A stretch of 63,548 bases of DNA, counting the filler, from Octopus bimaculoides (Eukaryota), in assembly GCF_001194135.2 (NCBI RefSeq). It is 5 parts of 5 records of this genome, joined end to end, with 100 filler letters (N's around TTAATTAATTAA, not from the genome) between each part and the next. Parts side by side here need not be neighbours in the genome. Positions count along the whole stretch, not along the records: positions 27,984 to 52,042 come from NC_068985.1; 4 more parts are not named here. One strand, given 5' to 3'. Positions within the stretch are counted from its first letter, which is position 1. Every line of letters starts with the position of its first letter. The translations under genes and the position numbers were made by a program. Below the pieces are notes generated by a model, which was not told where the DNA came from, ran no database searches, and saw nothing but the letters and a program-made list of their open reading frames with translations. Below are positions 37,195-50,281 of this stretch, piece by piece.

Positions 37195-38757
37195 GTGAAG
37201 TCCCTTTGGTTCAAACCCTCTTTTCATCGGTGGTCACTGATCCTACCCAGCCAAGCACAGTGGCTGAATCAGTTCAGGTTTTGATGGAGTGCAGCTCCCA
37301 TTTCAGGGCCAGATTCATCCCTTCAGCGCTGCATCCAACTCAACCACATTGATGTGGTTGTAGTCATCTGCTTTCTGAAGCCAGGTCACGTCCTCCATTT
37401 TGACACCTCTGATTTCCAGTGCAGCCCCAATTACTATACTGTTAGCATCACACCATACGGTCCCATTCTCCAATTTGGGCACGTACCAGTTCTCTCTTAC
37501 TGGGTCTTCTGTTCTTGTCCTCTCTAGGATCACCCACATCATCGCCACCATCTCCTCTCCCACTTTGTCTCCCCAGTTTTCCCTTTCTGCTTGTCTCTTA
37601 ATGTATCTGCATGCTGTTCATAGCCAATTTGAGATTGAGTAGTGACCCACTAGCTTTCCACACATTGAGAATAGTTCTTTCCTGCTGACACTGGTACCCA
37701 GTTACAGGATCTCATTCCCCCTCCAAGACACCAACGAGCTTGTTTTATCTCTTTGAAGCTTGAACCCCAGTGCAGATCTTCCAACTATCAGCCTGAACTT
37801 CTTCAGATGACTTACAACCTCTGTGGCAGACGCTACAGTCTCATCTACCAAGATGTTTATATAGGAATTGGTGGCCCTTCTTATCCTGTCCACCTTTCCC
37901 AAGATAGACTTGAGCACTGTCGCCATGATCTTTGGCACAAAATTTAGCCTGAAACCCAGCCTAGTCAAACAGTATGCCTGGCCTGTATATCATACCAGCT
38001 GATACTGTCACAGTTTCTCGCTCATGGAGCTGCAAATATGCCAACTTCAAGTCCACAATCATTGCCACCCTTGTCATCTGTCTCCATTCGCGTAGCATCT
38101 CACTGCAGATGTCAGTCACCTCGCCACTCGTGAGTCATGATATAAGGCCAGTCATCTCTTAAATATCCAGTACTGGTCTGATTTTTCCCTTGGTTAGCTG
38201 CACCATTGCCATTAATGGTAGCACTCCACTCACCACCTCCTCCTTCCATGGGATAAGGACATCTTCCTTAATCCACCTCTCTACCTCTCCTTCATACTCA
38301 CTCCTGGCATGACCTTTTAAGGTATGCTGGTAGCAGCTCAATCTGTTCTTCAGCATCAGAGGCTCTTCTTTACAGTGCTACTCTACCATCCACTGTTGAC
38401 TGTCGAACACTGCCCGAAAATCTGTCCTCAACAGTGCTCCCTCTCATGTTGCAGACTCATGGCACATGATGCCCCAGCACCACCAAATGAAACCATGTCT
38501 CCACCAACACTGACACCTCCGAGGTGATCCCCATCACTATGTTCATTTTGTCTACCACATAGTCAATCATGCACCCTACCTGTCACACCTAATGTTTGCA
38601 GCTGCTTGCTCCACTGACGTCTGTTCATGGTGAGTGTGCCAAGCTGAAAGAGGTTGACCCTGATCTTACTTCCCCCACTTCCTCTCTCACCCTCCTTGTT
38701 CCGGTCAGGCCTCTTGACTGTTGATGTAACAGCCCTTTCCTTCTGGCTCATCTCATC
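37195..38757 (-). mobile_element. LTR-retrotransposon pol remnant (RT plus RNase H), Gypsy-like
   Basis: LPLMAMVQ..KIRPVLD; VDLKLAYLQL; CLTRLGF.LN; VWCDANS..HINVVELDAALKG..TDSATV; many stops and frameshifts. Confidence 0.85.
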
Positions 38758-39400
38758 CCCACACAGGTTATAGGTCTATAGTTTTTTTGGTTCATTTGTT
38801 TCTTCCTTTATTGGCAGTAGAAATGCAACACTATTAACTAGCCAAGAGGGTACCATATTAGTATGCTGCAAAGCATTGTTGTAAAGTCTAGTCAATAGTT
38901 CATGACTTTCTGAAAAAGCATTCAACCAGAAGTTAAGAATTTTATTTTTTGCTGGTGACTTCCATTTGCTTGATTTTCTGAGAGCAGTTCTTATATCCCC
39001 TACCTTGATACCCTCCCACTTTTGCTCTTCTAAGGAGGCTGAATCAATAGAGATTCTACCAATCCAAGGGGCTTTTTCTTCTGCCCAAATTTTACTTCAA
39101 AATTCCTGCACTTCTTTAGATGGGACAGATTTTACTGTAACTGATATTTTACCTATCTTCTTGTAAACATTTTTGGAATTATTTTTAAACATGTCCTTGA
39201 AGAACCTGGCATGCTTTCCATATTGTACTACGCTGGCAGCTTTAGCAAATACCTTTTGCTTGATAGTTTATATAGTGGTGTCGATGTCAAGTATGAATTT
39301 CATATACTTTTTCTTTAATTTTCATATTTTTGCTGATTTGATATTCTTGTCAGACTTAGAATTTTTTTTAAGCATTCTATGCCAGACCTAAGTATGTAAA
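38758..39400 (-). mobile_element. R4/Dong-type non-LTR element fragment (pre-RT and RT start)
   Basis: IKQKVFAKAA..EF*SKIWAEE..KSSKWKSPAKIKILNFWLNAF..PSWL..LLPIKEETNEPKNYRPITC. Confidence 0.75.
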
Positions 39401-39449
39401 TTTGTTGTTGGATTTGCTCTTGCCAACTAGGCTTTTGTAATAATGTTTA

Positions 39450-39705
39450 CATTTTCTATTTACATGCTCCAATTAATTCTGTGAGAGCAGATAGCAACCT
39501 ATTGTCAAAGGTCACACAGTCTCTTTCCATGATACTTAACACTCAAGTATCAGTCTCAAAATCCCTGCTGTCCCCAATAGAGCAGTATTTTGAAAATGTT
39601 CTACCTGCATGTCAGTTACAATTTCTCTAATATATTTCTTCAATATCTTGGTTGCTAGTGCTCCCAGTGCACCTACAGCTACTGGGATGATAGTTAATCG
39701 ATTGT
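39450..39705 (-). mobile_element. 5'-truncated R4/Dong-type element: ORF C-terminus and 3' UTR
   Basis: IIPVAVGALGALATKILKKY..QNTALLGTAGILRLILEC*; starts right after a short (AAT)n run. Confidence 0.75.
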
Positions 39706-39723
39706 TATTATTATTAATATTAT

Positions 39724-39960
39724 ACAATAGCTGGCAGAATTGTTAGCACACCAAACATAATGCTTAGTAGCATTTTGTCATTCTTTACATACTGAATTCA
39801 AATTCTGCCGTAGTCAACATTGCCTTTCATCCTTTCAGGGTCAATTAAATAAGTACCAATTGGGCACTGGGGTCAATTTAATCAGCTTATATCCTCCCCA
39901 GAAATTACTGACCTTGTGCCAAAATTTGAAACCATTATTATTATCACTATTATTATTATT
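39724..39960 (+). mobile_element. SINE family A, heavily CpG-decayed
   Basis: Family A head and core with CG-to-TG/CA changes; (ATT)n tail. Confidence 0.8.
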
Positions 39961-40009
39961 ATAGATGTCGCACAGTATACAATATTGTGGGGTTGTTGAT
40001 TGAAGAACT

Positions 40010-41330
40010 TGTTCTTTCACGTCAACTGTGCTTATGACAATATTCCTTTGTTTCTTTTCTCCTTGTAATTCTGTCGTGATAATTCCTATCCACATTGCAT
40101 CCCTTTTACGCACCACATTGTTTCCCCATAATCCGCTCCAGAACTCCTTGGTTTGATTTGCACCAGGAGCAACATTTTCCCCCATTGTCTCCTTCTAACG
40201 TTCAGAAGAATTGCTTTGGGTTATTTTTGAACAATCTGTTCTCCTCAAACTGCTTATTTCTGTTCACAAATCTTCTAATCTTCTGGCTTTTTGCCATGAT
40301 CTTCTGTTTTAACTGCTCTGTTACTGCATCAAATCCATTCTTCGGTATTTTATATTTCTTCTCTAATTTTTCTTGGTTAGTCTTTTTCCAATTTTTCCAC
40401 TTTCCTCTTAGCCATTGCTCAATTTTTCCTAGATCTTGCCTTGCCCGCATCATGTCCCTTTCAATGCATTGTTTCTACCATGGTTCTTTTGCTCCACCAT
40501 TTTTTGTTCTTTTAAGTTGTAATTTCTCCTCAATAAGTAGCTCAGTAGCTCGGAGAAGATTCCTTGTTTATGTTATGTCCTCCATCTGGATGTATGGTAT
40601 GACAATATTTATCTTTTGTGTTACTTTATTTAACATACTCCTATCTACCCTTTTCACATTCATGGGGATTTTTTTTTTCTGGAGCATTCATTATGTTGGT
40701 GAATCATCTTTGAATTTCAAGCAATTCATTATCTAGTTGGTTCATTTCCCTGCATGTCTGATCACTACAGTATCAAAGTTTACTGTATAACATTCCTGTT
40801 CCTCATTCCTAACAGTTCCATCAACATTTCCCTGTTCCTCCTGTCTACTCTTCTTTCTGCTTTCAACCCCTACCTCTCTGTTTTCAACTCCGACCATCCT
40901 TTGTAGCCCATCGACAGGGTCTCTCAGACTCTCACTAATCTGAGATATTTCTACTCCAGTTAAGTAACCGATCTTCCTAATCACTCTCACTTGGTCCATT
41001 AGTTTATTTTCTGACATTAGACACATGTCCTTTTCCATCCAAAATTTCAAGGTACGTTGGCCTACTCTGCGACTTCTTTCCAGCTTTGCTCTTTCATGAC
41101 ATTCAACTCTATCGTACTCTTCCTTTGACCACTTATATCTGTTTTTGTGCACACCATGTATGCGATCTGTTGTGACATCATGACTGTCTGAGACCAGATC
41201 ACTGCCCCTGATATGCCTGGCTTCGGATGTGCCAGGCGAGAATCCTTCATCATGATTGGCTATAGCTCCATTCTCTCTGTTAATTCTTTCATTGTTGTGT
41301 TGCATCATGATTTCATGAGTCGTTCATGGG
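40010..41330 (-). mobile_element. R4/Dong-type non-LTR element, N-terminal half (no RT)
   Basis: RYKWSKEE..SENKLMDQVRVIRK; LKQKIMAKSQKIRRF..NRLFKNNPKQFF; TKEFWSGLW. Confidence 0.8.
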
Positions 41331-41444
41331 GTTCCCATGAGAGTTGTTATTGAGATCCCATCTCTCTCTTCCTCTCTTTATTTGTATATACATGCGCACA
41401 TGTATGTACATACACATATGCATAAATAATGTACTTGCATTGAG

Positions 41445-41445
<1 letters not shown>

Positions 41446-41509
<64 letters not shown>

Positions 41510-41516
41510 CATTATT

Positions 41517-41548
<32 letters not shown>

Positions 41549-41605
41549 CATTATTATTATTAATATTATTATTATTATTATTATTATTGATTTTGTTGTT
41601 ATTAT
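41446..41605. repeat. (TTA)n microsatellite
   Basis: Seen directly. Confidence 0.95.
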
Positions 41606-41887
41606 TCAGATAATGGATTACAATAGTTACAACATCACAACTGTTAACCTCAGGAGTTGTAAACAGAAAATCTTAACACCATACCTACGCCTGCTAAAAC
41701 TGGTAAATTTCTTTTTCACAATCAATATTTTTCACTTTTCTTTAATTTTCTTCTCTTCCTTTTTCCTCAATAATTGTTTACTCATCCTAAATCTATTGTA
41801 ATTGAACGGATCTTTGAGTAGGTTTATGATTTAAGGTGTTCCGTCTATGATCATTCAGTCTTTATGTTTTTAGAACTATACCATAAG

Positions 41888-42090
41888 CACAGGCTTGGCT
41901 GTGTAGTAAGAAGTTTACTTCCTAAGCTCATGGTTCCAGGTTCAGTCTCATTGAATGGCACCTCGGACAAATGTCTTCTACTATAGCCCCTGGCCAACCA
42001 AAGCCTTGTAAGTGGATTAAGTAGATAGAAACTATAAGAAGTCCATTCAGTATACATACACATACACATATGTATGTGTGTGTGTGTGTG
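41888..42090 (+). mobile_element. SINE family B, 5' part, decayed
   Basis: Family B head followed by (TA/GT)n. Confidence 0.75.
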
Positions 42091-42094
42091 TGTA

Positions 42095-42400
42095 TAATAA
42101 TGGACTCACCTGTCATTAGACGACATATGAGGGTTCAACAGTTTCTTACTGAACAACCACACAGATGATTTGTTTATAGTGATCAAATGTTTGTGTAGAC
42201 GTAAGCTCACTCCCTCCATCAAATGGACATTACTTGTACAGGTGCACCGGGGTGCCACATGTCAGATTCTGAAGCGATTGCAGAGAAACATGAAATGAAG
42301 TGCTTTGCTCAAGAACACAGAGCAACGCCCGGTCTGGGAATCGAACCCATGATCTAGCAATCGTGAGTGCAACACCTTAACCACTCAGCCATGTGCCTTC
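42095..42400 (-). mobile_element. tRNA-derived SINE, family D
   Basis: Reverse complement TGGCTGAGTGGTTAAGG..GGGTTCGATTCCC; body shared with 7795-7968. Confidence 0.75.
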
Positions 42401-42420
42401 ACACACACAGACATATATAC

Positions 42421-42835
42421 ACAAGATGGTATGAAAAAGTTCCTGTAGCACACCAACAGATGGCAGCATATGGCTGCATGTGCAGTGAGAGCTAGCAGTG
42501 ATATTCATGAGGAAGTGTACCAAGTGACATTGCTGTGTTTACTTCACAAGTTGTGAAATTTAGGTTATTGTGATTGTGTGTAGGCTGTACTCTGTGATTT
42601 TGTCATGGACAGGAAGTTGGAACAAAAATCCAGCATGAAATTTTTGTGTTAGTTTGCTACAGAGACATTGAACATGCTTTGCTAATCTTATGGCAATGCG
42701 GCAATGGGTTGTACGCAATGTTTCAAGTGGCTTAGGCCCTTCCAATGTGGAAGAACATCCCTGGAAGACAATGAGCGATCTGGAAGACAATGAGCGATCT
42801 GGAAGACCTGCCATGAGTATCACCCCCCAGGAATG
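42421..42835 (+). mobile_element. mariner 5' end (same family as 19112-19408), with internal 19-bp duplication
   Basis: TIR-like CAAGATGGTATGAAAAAGTTCC; MDRKLEQK..ATETLNML..QCFKW..GRTSLEDNERSGRP; CTGGAAGACAATGAGCGAT twice. Confidence 0.8.
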
Positions 42836-43059
42836 TGGTATTGTAGGTTCAATCCTACTGCACAGCACCTCATTCATGTTTCTTGTACTATAGTTCCAAA
42901 TTGAACAATGTCTTGTGAATAGAATTTGTTTGACGGAAAGTGTATGGAAGCCTATAATATATATGTATGTGAATATATAAGCATTACATTTGGCAGAGTA
43001 ATCTCAATGCTGAAGGGTTAAGCAATTCTTATTACAGAATCAGTTTGACAGTACTGCTT

Positions 43060-43398
43060 GGCTGGCACACATGCCGCTGGCACATAAAAAGCACCATTCA
43101 AGCATCGTCAATACCAGTAGCACCTGACTGATCCTGTGCCAGTGGCATGTAAAAAGCACCATTCAAGCGTGATTGATGCCAGTACCACCTGACTGCCCTT
43201 GTGCTAGTGGCACGTAAAAAGCACCCACTACACTCTTGGAGTGGTTGGTGTTAGGAAGGGCATCTAGCTGTAGAAACTTTGTCAGATCAGATTGGGGCCT
43301 GGTGCAGCCTTCTGGTTTGCCATCCTTCAGTCAAACTGTCCAACCGATGCCAGCATGGAAAGCCGACATTAAACAACGATGATGTTCATGATGATGAA
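43060..43398 (+). mobile_element. SINE family E with about three internal tandem units and RTE-like tail
   Basis: Repeated TGGCA(C/T)(G/A)TAAAAAGCACC units; tail GTCCAACC.ATGCCAGCATGGAAA..(GAT)n. Confidence 0.75.
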
Positions 43399-43989
43399 AG
43401 CATCTATTTACATACAAATATACACAGAAAAATAAATACATACCCACACTCAGATATACACACACACACAAACACACACACACACAGATGCACATAAATA
43501 CGTATTCATAACTGTAACTAAACTAGTAGTACATGAGAATAAATCTTACTTCTTTTCACCAGTGTATGTGAACTTAGCTTCAATCAATTCGACATGAATT
43601 ACAAAAGATATTTTTTTTAAGGGAGTTGCTTAGATACAATGTGTTTGTACATAAAAAACGTGATATAAAAAAATAATACTGAATATCAATGCAAGCACTG
43701 ATTGCTCGGCACAGTAACCAAGGCGTACAGTTAATAGTTTCATGAATATCAAGCTACAAAGATTACTATTGCTTTTGTGCTATAGCAGAAAACACATTTT
43801 CCTACATATATATATATATTTCTCATTGGACACATTTCCTACGTATATATTGGACACATTAGACACATTTTCCTACATATATATATATTTCTCTCTCTCT
43901 CTCTCGCCCCCCCCCCATCTCTCTCTCGCTTCCCCCCATCTCTCTCTCGCCCTTCCACCCCATCTCTCTCTCTCCACACATATATATAT

Positions 43990-44690
43990 AAGTGTGTCAC
44001 CATGCAATAAGTGCATCACCATGCACTTGGGGAGGAAAAACCCAGCCTTTACATACTCCCTGAGTAACACCAATCTCAAGAAGTCTTCTAGTGTATGTGA
44101 TCTGGGTATTATTATAAACAGCGATCTGCGTTGGAGAAACCACATCTCTAAGATTGTCATGAAGGCTGAGGGTGTCCTAGCATCACTCAGTAAAACCTTT
44201 GTCAACCACTCTCCAGCTACCTATTTAAAACTGCATATGAAAGTGGCACAGCCACACTTAAGAATTTGCATCACCAGCCTGGAACCCCTATCTTGCTCAG
44301 CATCTCAATCTCCTGGGAACAGTTCAGAAACATGCAACAAAATGAATATTCGCAATCAGGCATCTACCGTACTCTGAATGTCTTGCTTTCCTGAGCAGGG
44401 ACACATTAAAGCTCAGATGTCTGAGAACTGACAAGGTAGACATCCACAAGATTATTCCCCCATCTTTCCAACAACAACCTTGGGCACCTTTTTGAATTCC
44501 ATATGACAAACACTGGACATGCTTACAAAATCAAAACCAACATAACACCCATGACTTTTGAAAACAGTTTTTCATGCTCAGAATTGCTGAAGCAAGGAAT
44601 AAACTACCCACGTCAGTCGTTAGCTGTCAAGACATGACATGCTTCAAAATTTCCATACTTCCTGAAATCCACCAACAGTACACCTGATGA
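43990..44690 (+). mobile_element. CR1-group LINE 3' region (RT C-terminus)
   Basis: KCITMHLGRKNP..DLGIIINSDLRWRNHISKIV..PHL.FAS..WNPY..FF..RI..NKLP. Confidence 0.85.
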
Positions 44691-45292
44691 CTTTTTTTGT
44701 TCTTAGTTGCAGTGCACTTGAGCACTGTAAGCAACAATTTCTTTCATGTATGATAAAAAAAATATATACATAGATCTATATATATGCATATATATATATA
44801 TAGGAGACCAAAAGTGTACGTACACTGCTATATGTATATATAAAAAAAAAAACAAAGCGAAAAATGGAACAAGCACGTAACAGGTAACTACATCACATCC
44901 AGACAGTTAGACAATACAAAAAAGGACAGGAAAAAACAAGGATGGGTCATTCGGAGCTTTCTTTCTATAGTCAAGTTCTAGATTGTCGCTGCAGTGATAT
45001 TCGAGACTGCTCCAGTCTGGCTGGCCCCAAGAAAATCTAAGCTAAGAGCACTAGATTCTTTGGAAGAAAGCAAGTGAATGTATACGAAAACAAGGACGAT
45101 AAAAATGGAGAAATGGTATACAATTACAAACACAAACAGGACATAAACAACAATATGTGTGTGTGTGTGTATGTATATAAGTATATGGAGGATTGCATAA
45201 CCGGATTGTTACTTAACACTTTGTTGAATCCCTTGCGCAAAACCAGTTGGCAAGATTGGTTATAATGGATATATAATACTGTACATTTCACA

Positions 45293-45338
<46 letters not shown>

Positions 45339-45397
45339 TTACATACAAACAATAAATCAAATAAAGAGATACAATTGACAACCTAACAATTTATTTA

Positions 45398-45617
45398 TAT
45401 TCTTGTCTACTCTAGGCACAAGGGCCTGAAGTTTTTCGGGAGTGGGGGCAGTCGATCAGATCGACCTCAGTACGTAACTATTACTTAATTTATTGATCCC
45501 AAAAGGATGAAAGGCAAAGTCAACCTCGGTGGAACTTGAACTCAGAATGTAAAGACGGACGAAATACTGCTAAGCATTTTGCCCGGCATGTTAACGTTTC
45601 TGCGAGCTCGCTGCCGT
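45398..45617 (-). mobile_element. SINE family A
   Basis: Near full-length reverse complement. Confidence 0.85.
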
Positions 45618-45945
45618 AAGAATTTATTTATATTATAATATAAAATAATATACTATGAATATAATATAAGATAACATAAAAAATTATTAAAAAATAAAAA
45701 AGGCAACAATTTGTTTTGACTTATATACATTATTTGATTTATAAACAATTCCTCTCCATGTATATAAGTCGCTTCAGGGTTTTGGTTCAAAAGACAAATG
45801 AAATTCTGTGTGAAAGGACAGCCAGATTGCAAAAAAAGAAAGGTCCATTTTAGTAATAATTATAATTATATATTATTTATATAATGATACATAGTTATTA
45901 TTTATATAATGATATATAGTTATATAATAATACATAGTTATTATC

Positions 45946-47680
45946 AAAAAGGACTTATGTGTGTTTCTCTTCCCTGTAATTTACAGCCTTTGAGTTTGTT
46001 TACAAAATTCATAAATATATGTACGAAACTAAAATTATCTATACATTAAATTTGGCTGAAATTAACAGGTGGGCTATGTGGTCGAATTGGATGTGTACGG
46101 AGGCACGTAAGCATTGATGTTGTATGCAATTCCCAGTGGTTCAGCTCATCTTTTTCAGTCAATTGTTTAGGTTTAGTCATCCTAAATGGAGCATATATTA
46201 TTATATAGATAATATATGATTATAGTTCTTGTTAAAAAGGACCTATGTGTGTCGCTCTTCTCCGTAATTTACAACCTTCGGGTTTGTTCATAAAATTTAG
46301 AAATATATACATTAGACTAAAATTATCTATACATTAAATTTGGCTGAAATTGATGGGCAGGCTATATGGCTGAATTGGATACATATGGAACCATGTAAGT
46401 GTAAGAACGACCGTGCAAACCCAAAAGGAGAAATGGTGACGAATGAAAAACAGGGCTCCTTTTATTAAACACGTCACACGGTTGAACACAAAAATATATC
46501 AAATGATATATATATGTTATACTTCGATAACATAGAGAATTCGTAAATGCCAGTAAGATACAAGATAGGACACAACTGATAAAGATGAATAACAGTAATA
46601 TTTATTGTAGCATTAAAATGTATGTCTGTGTGTGAGTGTGAACGCGACATAATGTAAACACAATAAAAGACAGGCCGTCATGTAAAGAAAAGAGTGTGTG
46701 TAAGTGATACATGTATGTGGGTACGAGAGATACACAGTATTGAATATGAGTCAGTAACACGTATAAGGATTTAAGGTACCAGTTCTTAGAGTACACAGTG
46801 GTAAGTGTCTGTATAAGAAGTTAAGGCGTGTGTGGCAGAGCGATCACNNNNNNNNNNNNNNNNNNNNNNNNNNNNNNNNNNNNNNNNNNNNNNNNNNNNN
46901 NNNNNNNNNNNNNNNNNNNNNNNNNNNNNNNNNNNNNNNNNNNNNNNNNNNNNNNNNNNNNNNNNNNNNNNNNNNNNNNNNNNNNNNNNNNNNNNNNNNN
47001 NNNNNNNNNNNNNNNNNNNNNNNNNNNNNNNNNNNNNNNNNNNNNNNNNNNNNNNNNNNNNNNNNNNNNNNNNNNNNNNNNNNNNNNNNNNNNNNNNNNN
47101 NNNNNNNNNNNNNNNNNNNNNNNNNNNNNNNNNNNNNNNNNNNNNNNNNNNNNNNNNNNNNNNNNNNNNNNNNNNNNNNNNNNNNNNNNNNNNNNNNNNN
47201 NNNNNNNNNNNNNNNNNNNNNNNNNNNNNNNNNNNNNNNNNNNNNNNNNNNNNNNNNNNNNNNNNNNNNNNNNNNNNNNNNNNNNNNNNNNNNNNNNNNN
47301 NNNNNNNNNNNNNNNNTGAAAGTAGGCTCCACAGAAGCATTAGAAAAACACTATCACGTGACCTTACTAGGGGCTGTGATTGGTCGATTTGCGTTCTGGC
47401 GGGAACGGTACGAGGCAGTTGCCGCTTCAAATAATAATCAGTCATGTGATAGATACAGTAGGCTGCTCTCTACTACGCCCGAACTTGAATATATTTATAA
47501 CAGTGGGAGAAGATGGTTTGTTTGTATATAATGGCGATAGGTAGTTTCACTACATAAGTGTTGGATGTTGTATTCAATTCCCAATGGTTCAGCTCATCTT
47601 TCTCAGTCAATTGTTTAGGTTTAGCTGCTCTAAATAGAGCATATATTATTATGTAAATAATATATAATTATAGTTATTTT
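45946..47680. repeat. Local tandem duplication, 288-bp period; second copy interrupted by a solo LTR
   Basis: AAAAAGGAC at 45946 and 46234; TAAG at 46108 and 46396; second copy resumes at 47555. Confidence 0.8.
46400..47554 (-). mobile_element. Solo LTR (TG...CA) with 4-bp TSD TAAG, partly gapped
   Basis: TAAG|TGTAAG...CACTACA|TAAG; empty site in the upstream duplicate; TTTATT near the left end suggests minus orientation. Confidence 0.72.
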
Positions 47681-47773
47681 ATATATAGATATATGTATGT
47701 GAGTGTACATTTTTGTATGTATGTGTGTATACATGTATCTATTTATCTATCTATATATCTAGATATATATATA

Positions 47774-47821
<48 letters not shown>

Positions 47822-47834
47822 CATATTTATACGC

Positions 47835-47866
<32 letters not shown>

Positions 47867-47921
47867 ACGCACATATATATATATAAATATACATGCATGC
47901 ATATATGAGTATGTATGTGTG

Positions 47922-47976
<55 letters not shown>

Positions 47977-49533
47977 NNNNNNNNNNNNNNNNNNNNNNNN
48001 NNNNNNNNNNNNNNNNNNNNNNNNNNNNNNNNNNNNNNNNNNNNNNNNNNNNNNNNNNNNNNNNNNNNNNNNNNNNNNNNNNNNNNNNNNNNNNNNNNNN
48101 NNNNNNNNNNNNNNNNNNNNNNNNNNNNNNNNNNNNNNNNNNNNNNNNNNNNNNNNNNNNNNNNNNNNNNNNNNNNNNNNNNNNNNNNNNNNNNNNNNNN
48201 NNNNNNNNNNNNNNNNNNNNNNNNNNNNNNNNNNNNNNNNNNNNNNNNNNNNNNNNNNNNNNNNNNNNNNNNNNNNNNNNNNNNNNNNNNNNNNNNNNNN
48301 NNNNNNNNNNNNNNNNNNNNNNNNNNNNNNNNNNNNNNNNNNNNNNNNNNNNNNNNNNNNNNNNNNNNNNNNNNNNNNNNNNNNNNNNNNNNNNNNNNNN
48401 NNNNNNNNNNNNNNNNNNNNNNNNNNNNNNNNNNNNNNNNNNNNNNNNNNNNNNNNNNNNNNNNNNNNNNNNNNNNNNNNNNNNNNNNNNNNNNNNNNNN
48501 NNNNNNNNNNNNNNNNNNNNNNNNNNNNNNNNNNNNNNNNNNNNNNNNNNNNNNNNNNNNNNNNNNNNNNNNNNNNNNNNNNNNNNNNNNNNNNNNNNNN
48601 NNNNNNNNNNNNNNNNNNNNNNNNNNNNNNNNNNNNNNNNNNNNNNNNNNNNNNNNNNNNNNNNNNNNNNNNNNNNNNNNNNNNNNNNNNNNNNNNNNNN
48701 NNNNNNNNNNNNNNNNNNNNNNNNNNNNNNNNNNNNNNNNNNNNNNNNNNNNNNNNNNNNNNNNNNNNNNNNNNNNNNNNNNNNNNNNNNNNNNNNNNNN
48801 NNNNNNNNNNNNNNNNNNTTAAAGAGATTCTATATAACTCTTCGAAACGCCGGTGTTTTAATGGTGGCAGCTGATGAAGGATATGTTCTCTATGTGGCCT
48901 GCTTGTTTTTTGTACTTTGTTTATCATTTTGTCCATGTTCTTTTGCAACGTCATGTACCCAGATATGTATCTATATGTACATGTAGATGAAGGTATGTAC
49001 ATACATGTACATATATATGCATATACTCATATCTTGTGAGAAGAGGTGAAGTGTATTTGGGGAAGTATGGGGTCAGGTGTATCAGAGAAGAATAATATTT
49101 TGTGAGGAGACTAACTCGATGCAGTTCAGAATACAAAATGATTCAGTCTCTATACAAACAGCCTCAGAGTTTGAGAAGGTGATGAGAGAGAAAGCTACAA
49201 GGAGTTACATGCACTGAAGGAAGTTGCTGAGAATGATGAACTTCAGAAAGCAGTGAGGAGAGATAGTTATCTTCATATGTTGTGTGAGAGATAGTTAAAC
49301 AACTAACTGCTGGTGGATGATGGTGTTTAAAGAGTGGCAGAGAAAAGCAGCTTCATTTAGAGGAATTAGAGAAAGAGAGAGACACAGAGAAAATGAGAGA
49401 GGGAGAGAGAGAGAGTTTGAACTGAAGTAAACAAGTAAGAGAGCTGAATAGTAAAGAGAGTGGATTCTAAGTAAATATAAACCCATCATTCAGGGAGATG
49501 GAAAGAGTATAGCTCTTGCTTTACATATATAAT

Positions 49534-49565
<32 letters not shown>

Positions 49566-49626
49566 TATATACATATATGTATATGCATATATATATTTAT
49601 ATGCATGTAATTATGTACATGTGTGT

Positions 49627-49702
<76 letters not shown>

Positions 49703-50281
49703 ATACACATAAACACAGATGTGTACACACATATATCTATGTGTGTGTGTGTGTGTGTGTGTACTGTGAGTGTCTGTTTATATTAATGCAAATCAGGCAT
49801 CAGATAAAAGCTGAAATGTGTCTTTGTACCCGGAGAAGTGAACTTAGTTATTAATTAAGATCAATAAAATACCAGACAAAGTGTTGAAGGGGTCAATATA
49901 ATTGATTAAAAACCATAGAATATGTTGTACATTATGATCTCGATTCAAAGAGACAGAATCTAATGAAAGAGTACTGTACCGTACATTAGTGTGCCTTGGT
50001 AGCATATATCTTATTTTTGCTAATTATTTTTGGTACCTTTGTAGTTATATACATCTACCCTCTCACCTTCTGGCCCTTAATATTGGAGAACATTCAAAAT
50101 GTGACAGCTGGCATGAAGGAGCTTAAATGAATATCAGTTCTTCGTTGGTCCTCATTTGGGGCTGAGCTGACTGGGGTAACATAAAATGAAATGATTTGTT
50201 TGAGGAAAAGACCTAATGCACTGCTTGCTCCTGGAATCAAACTTATTTCCTTATGATTATGAGATCCGTAACCACTAATCC

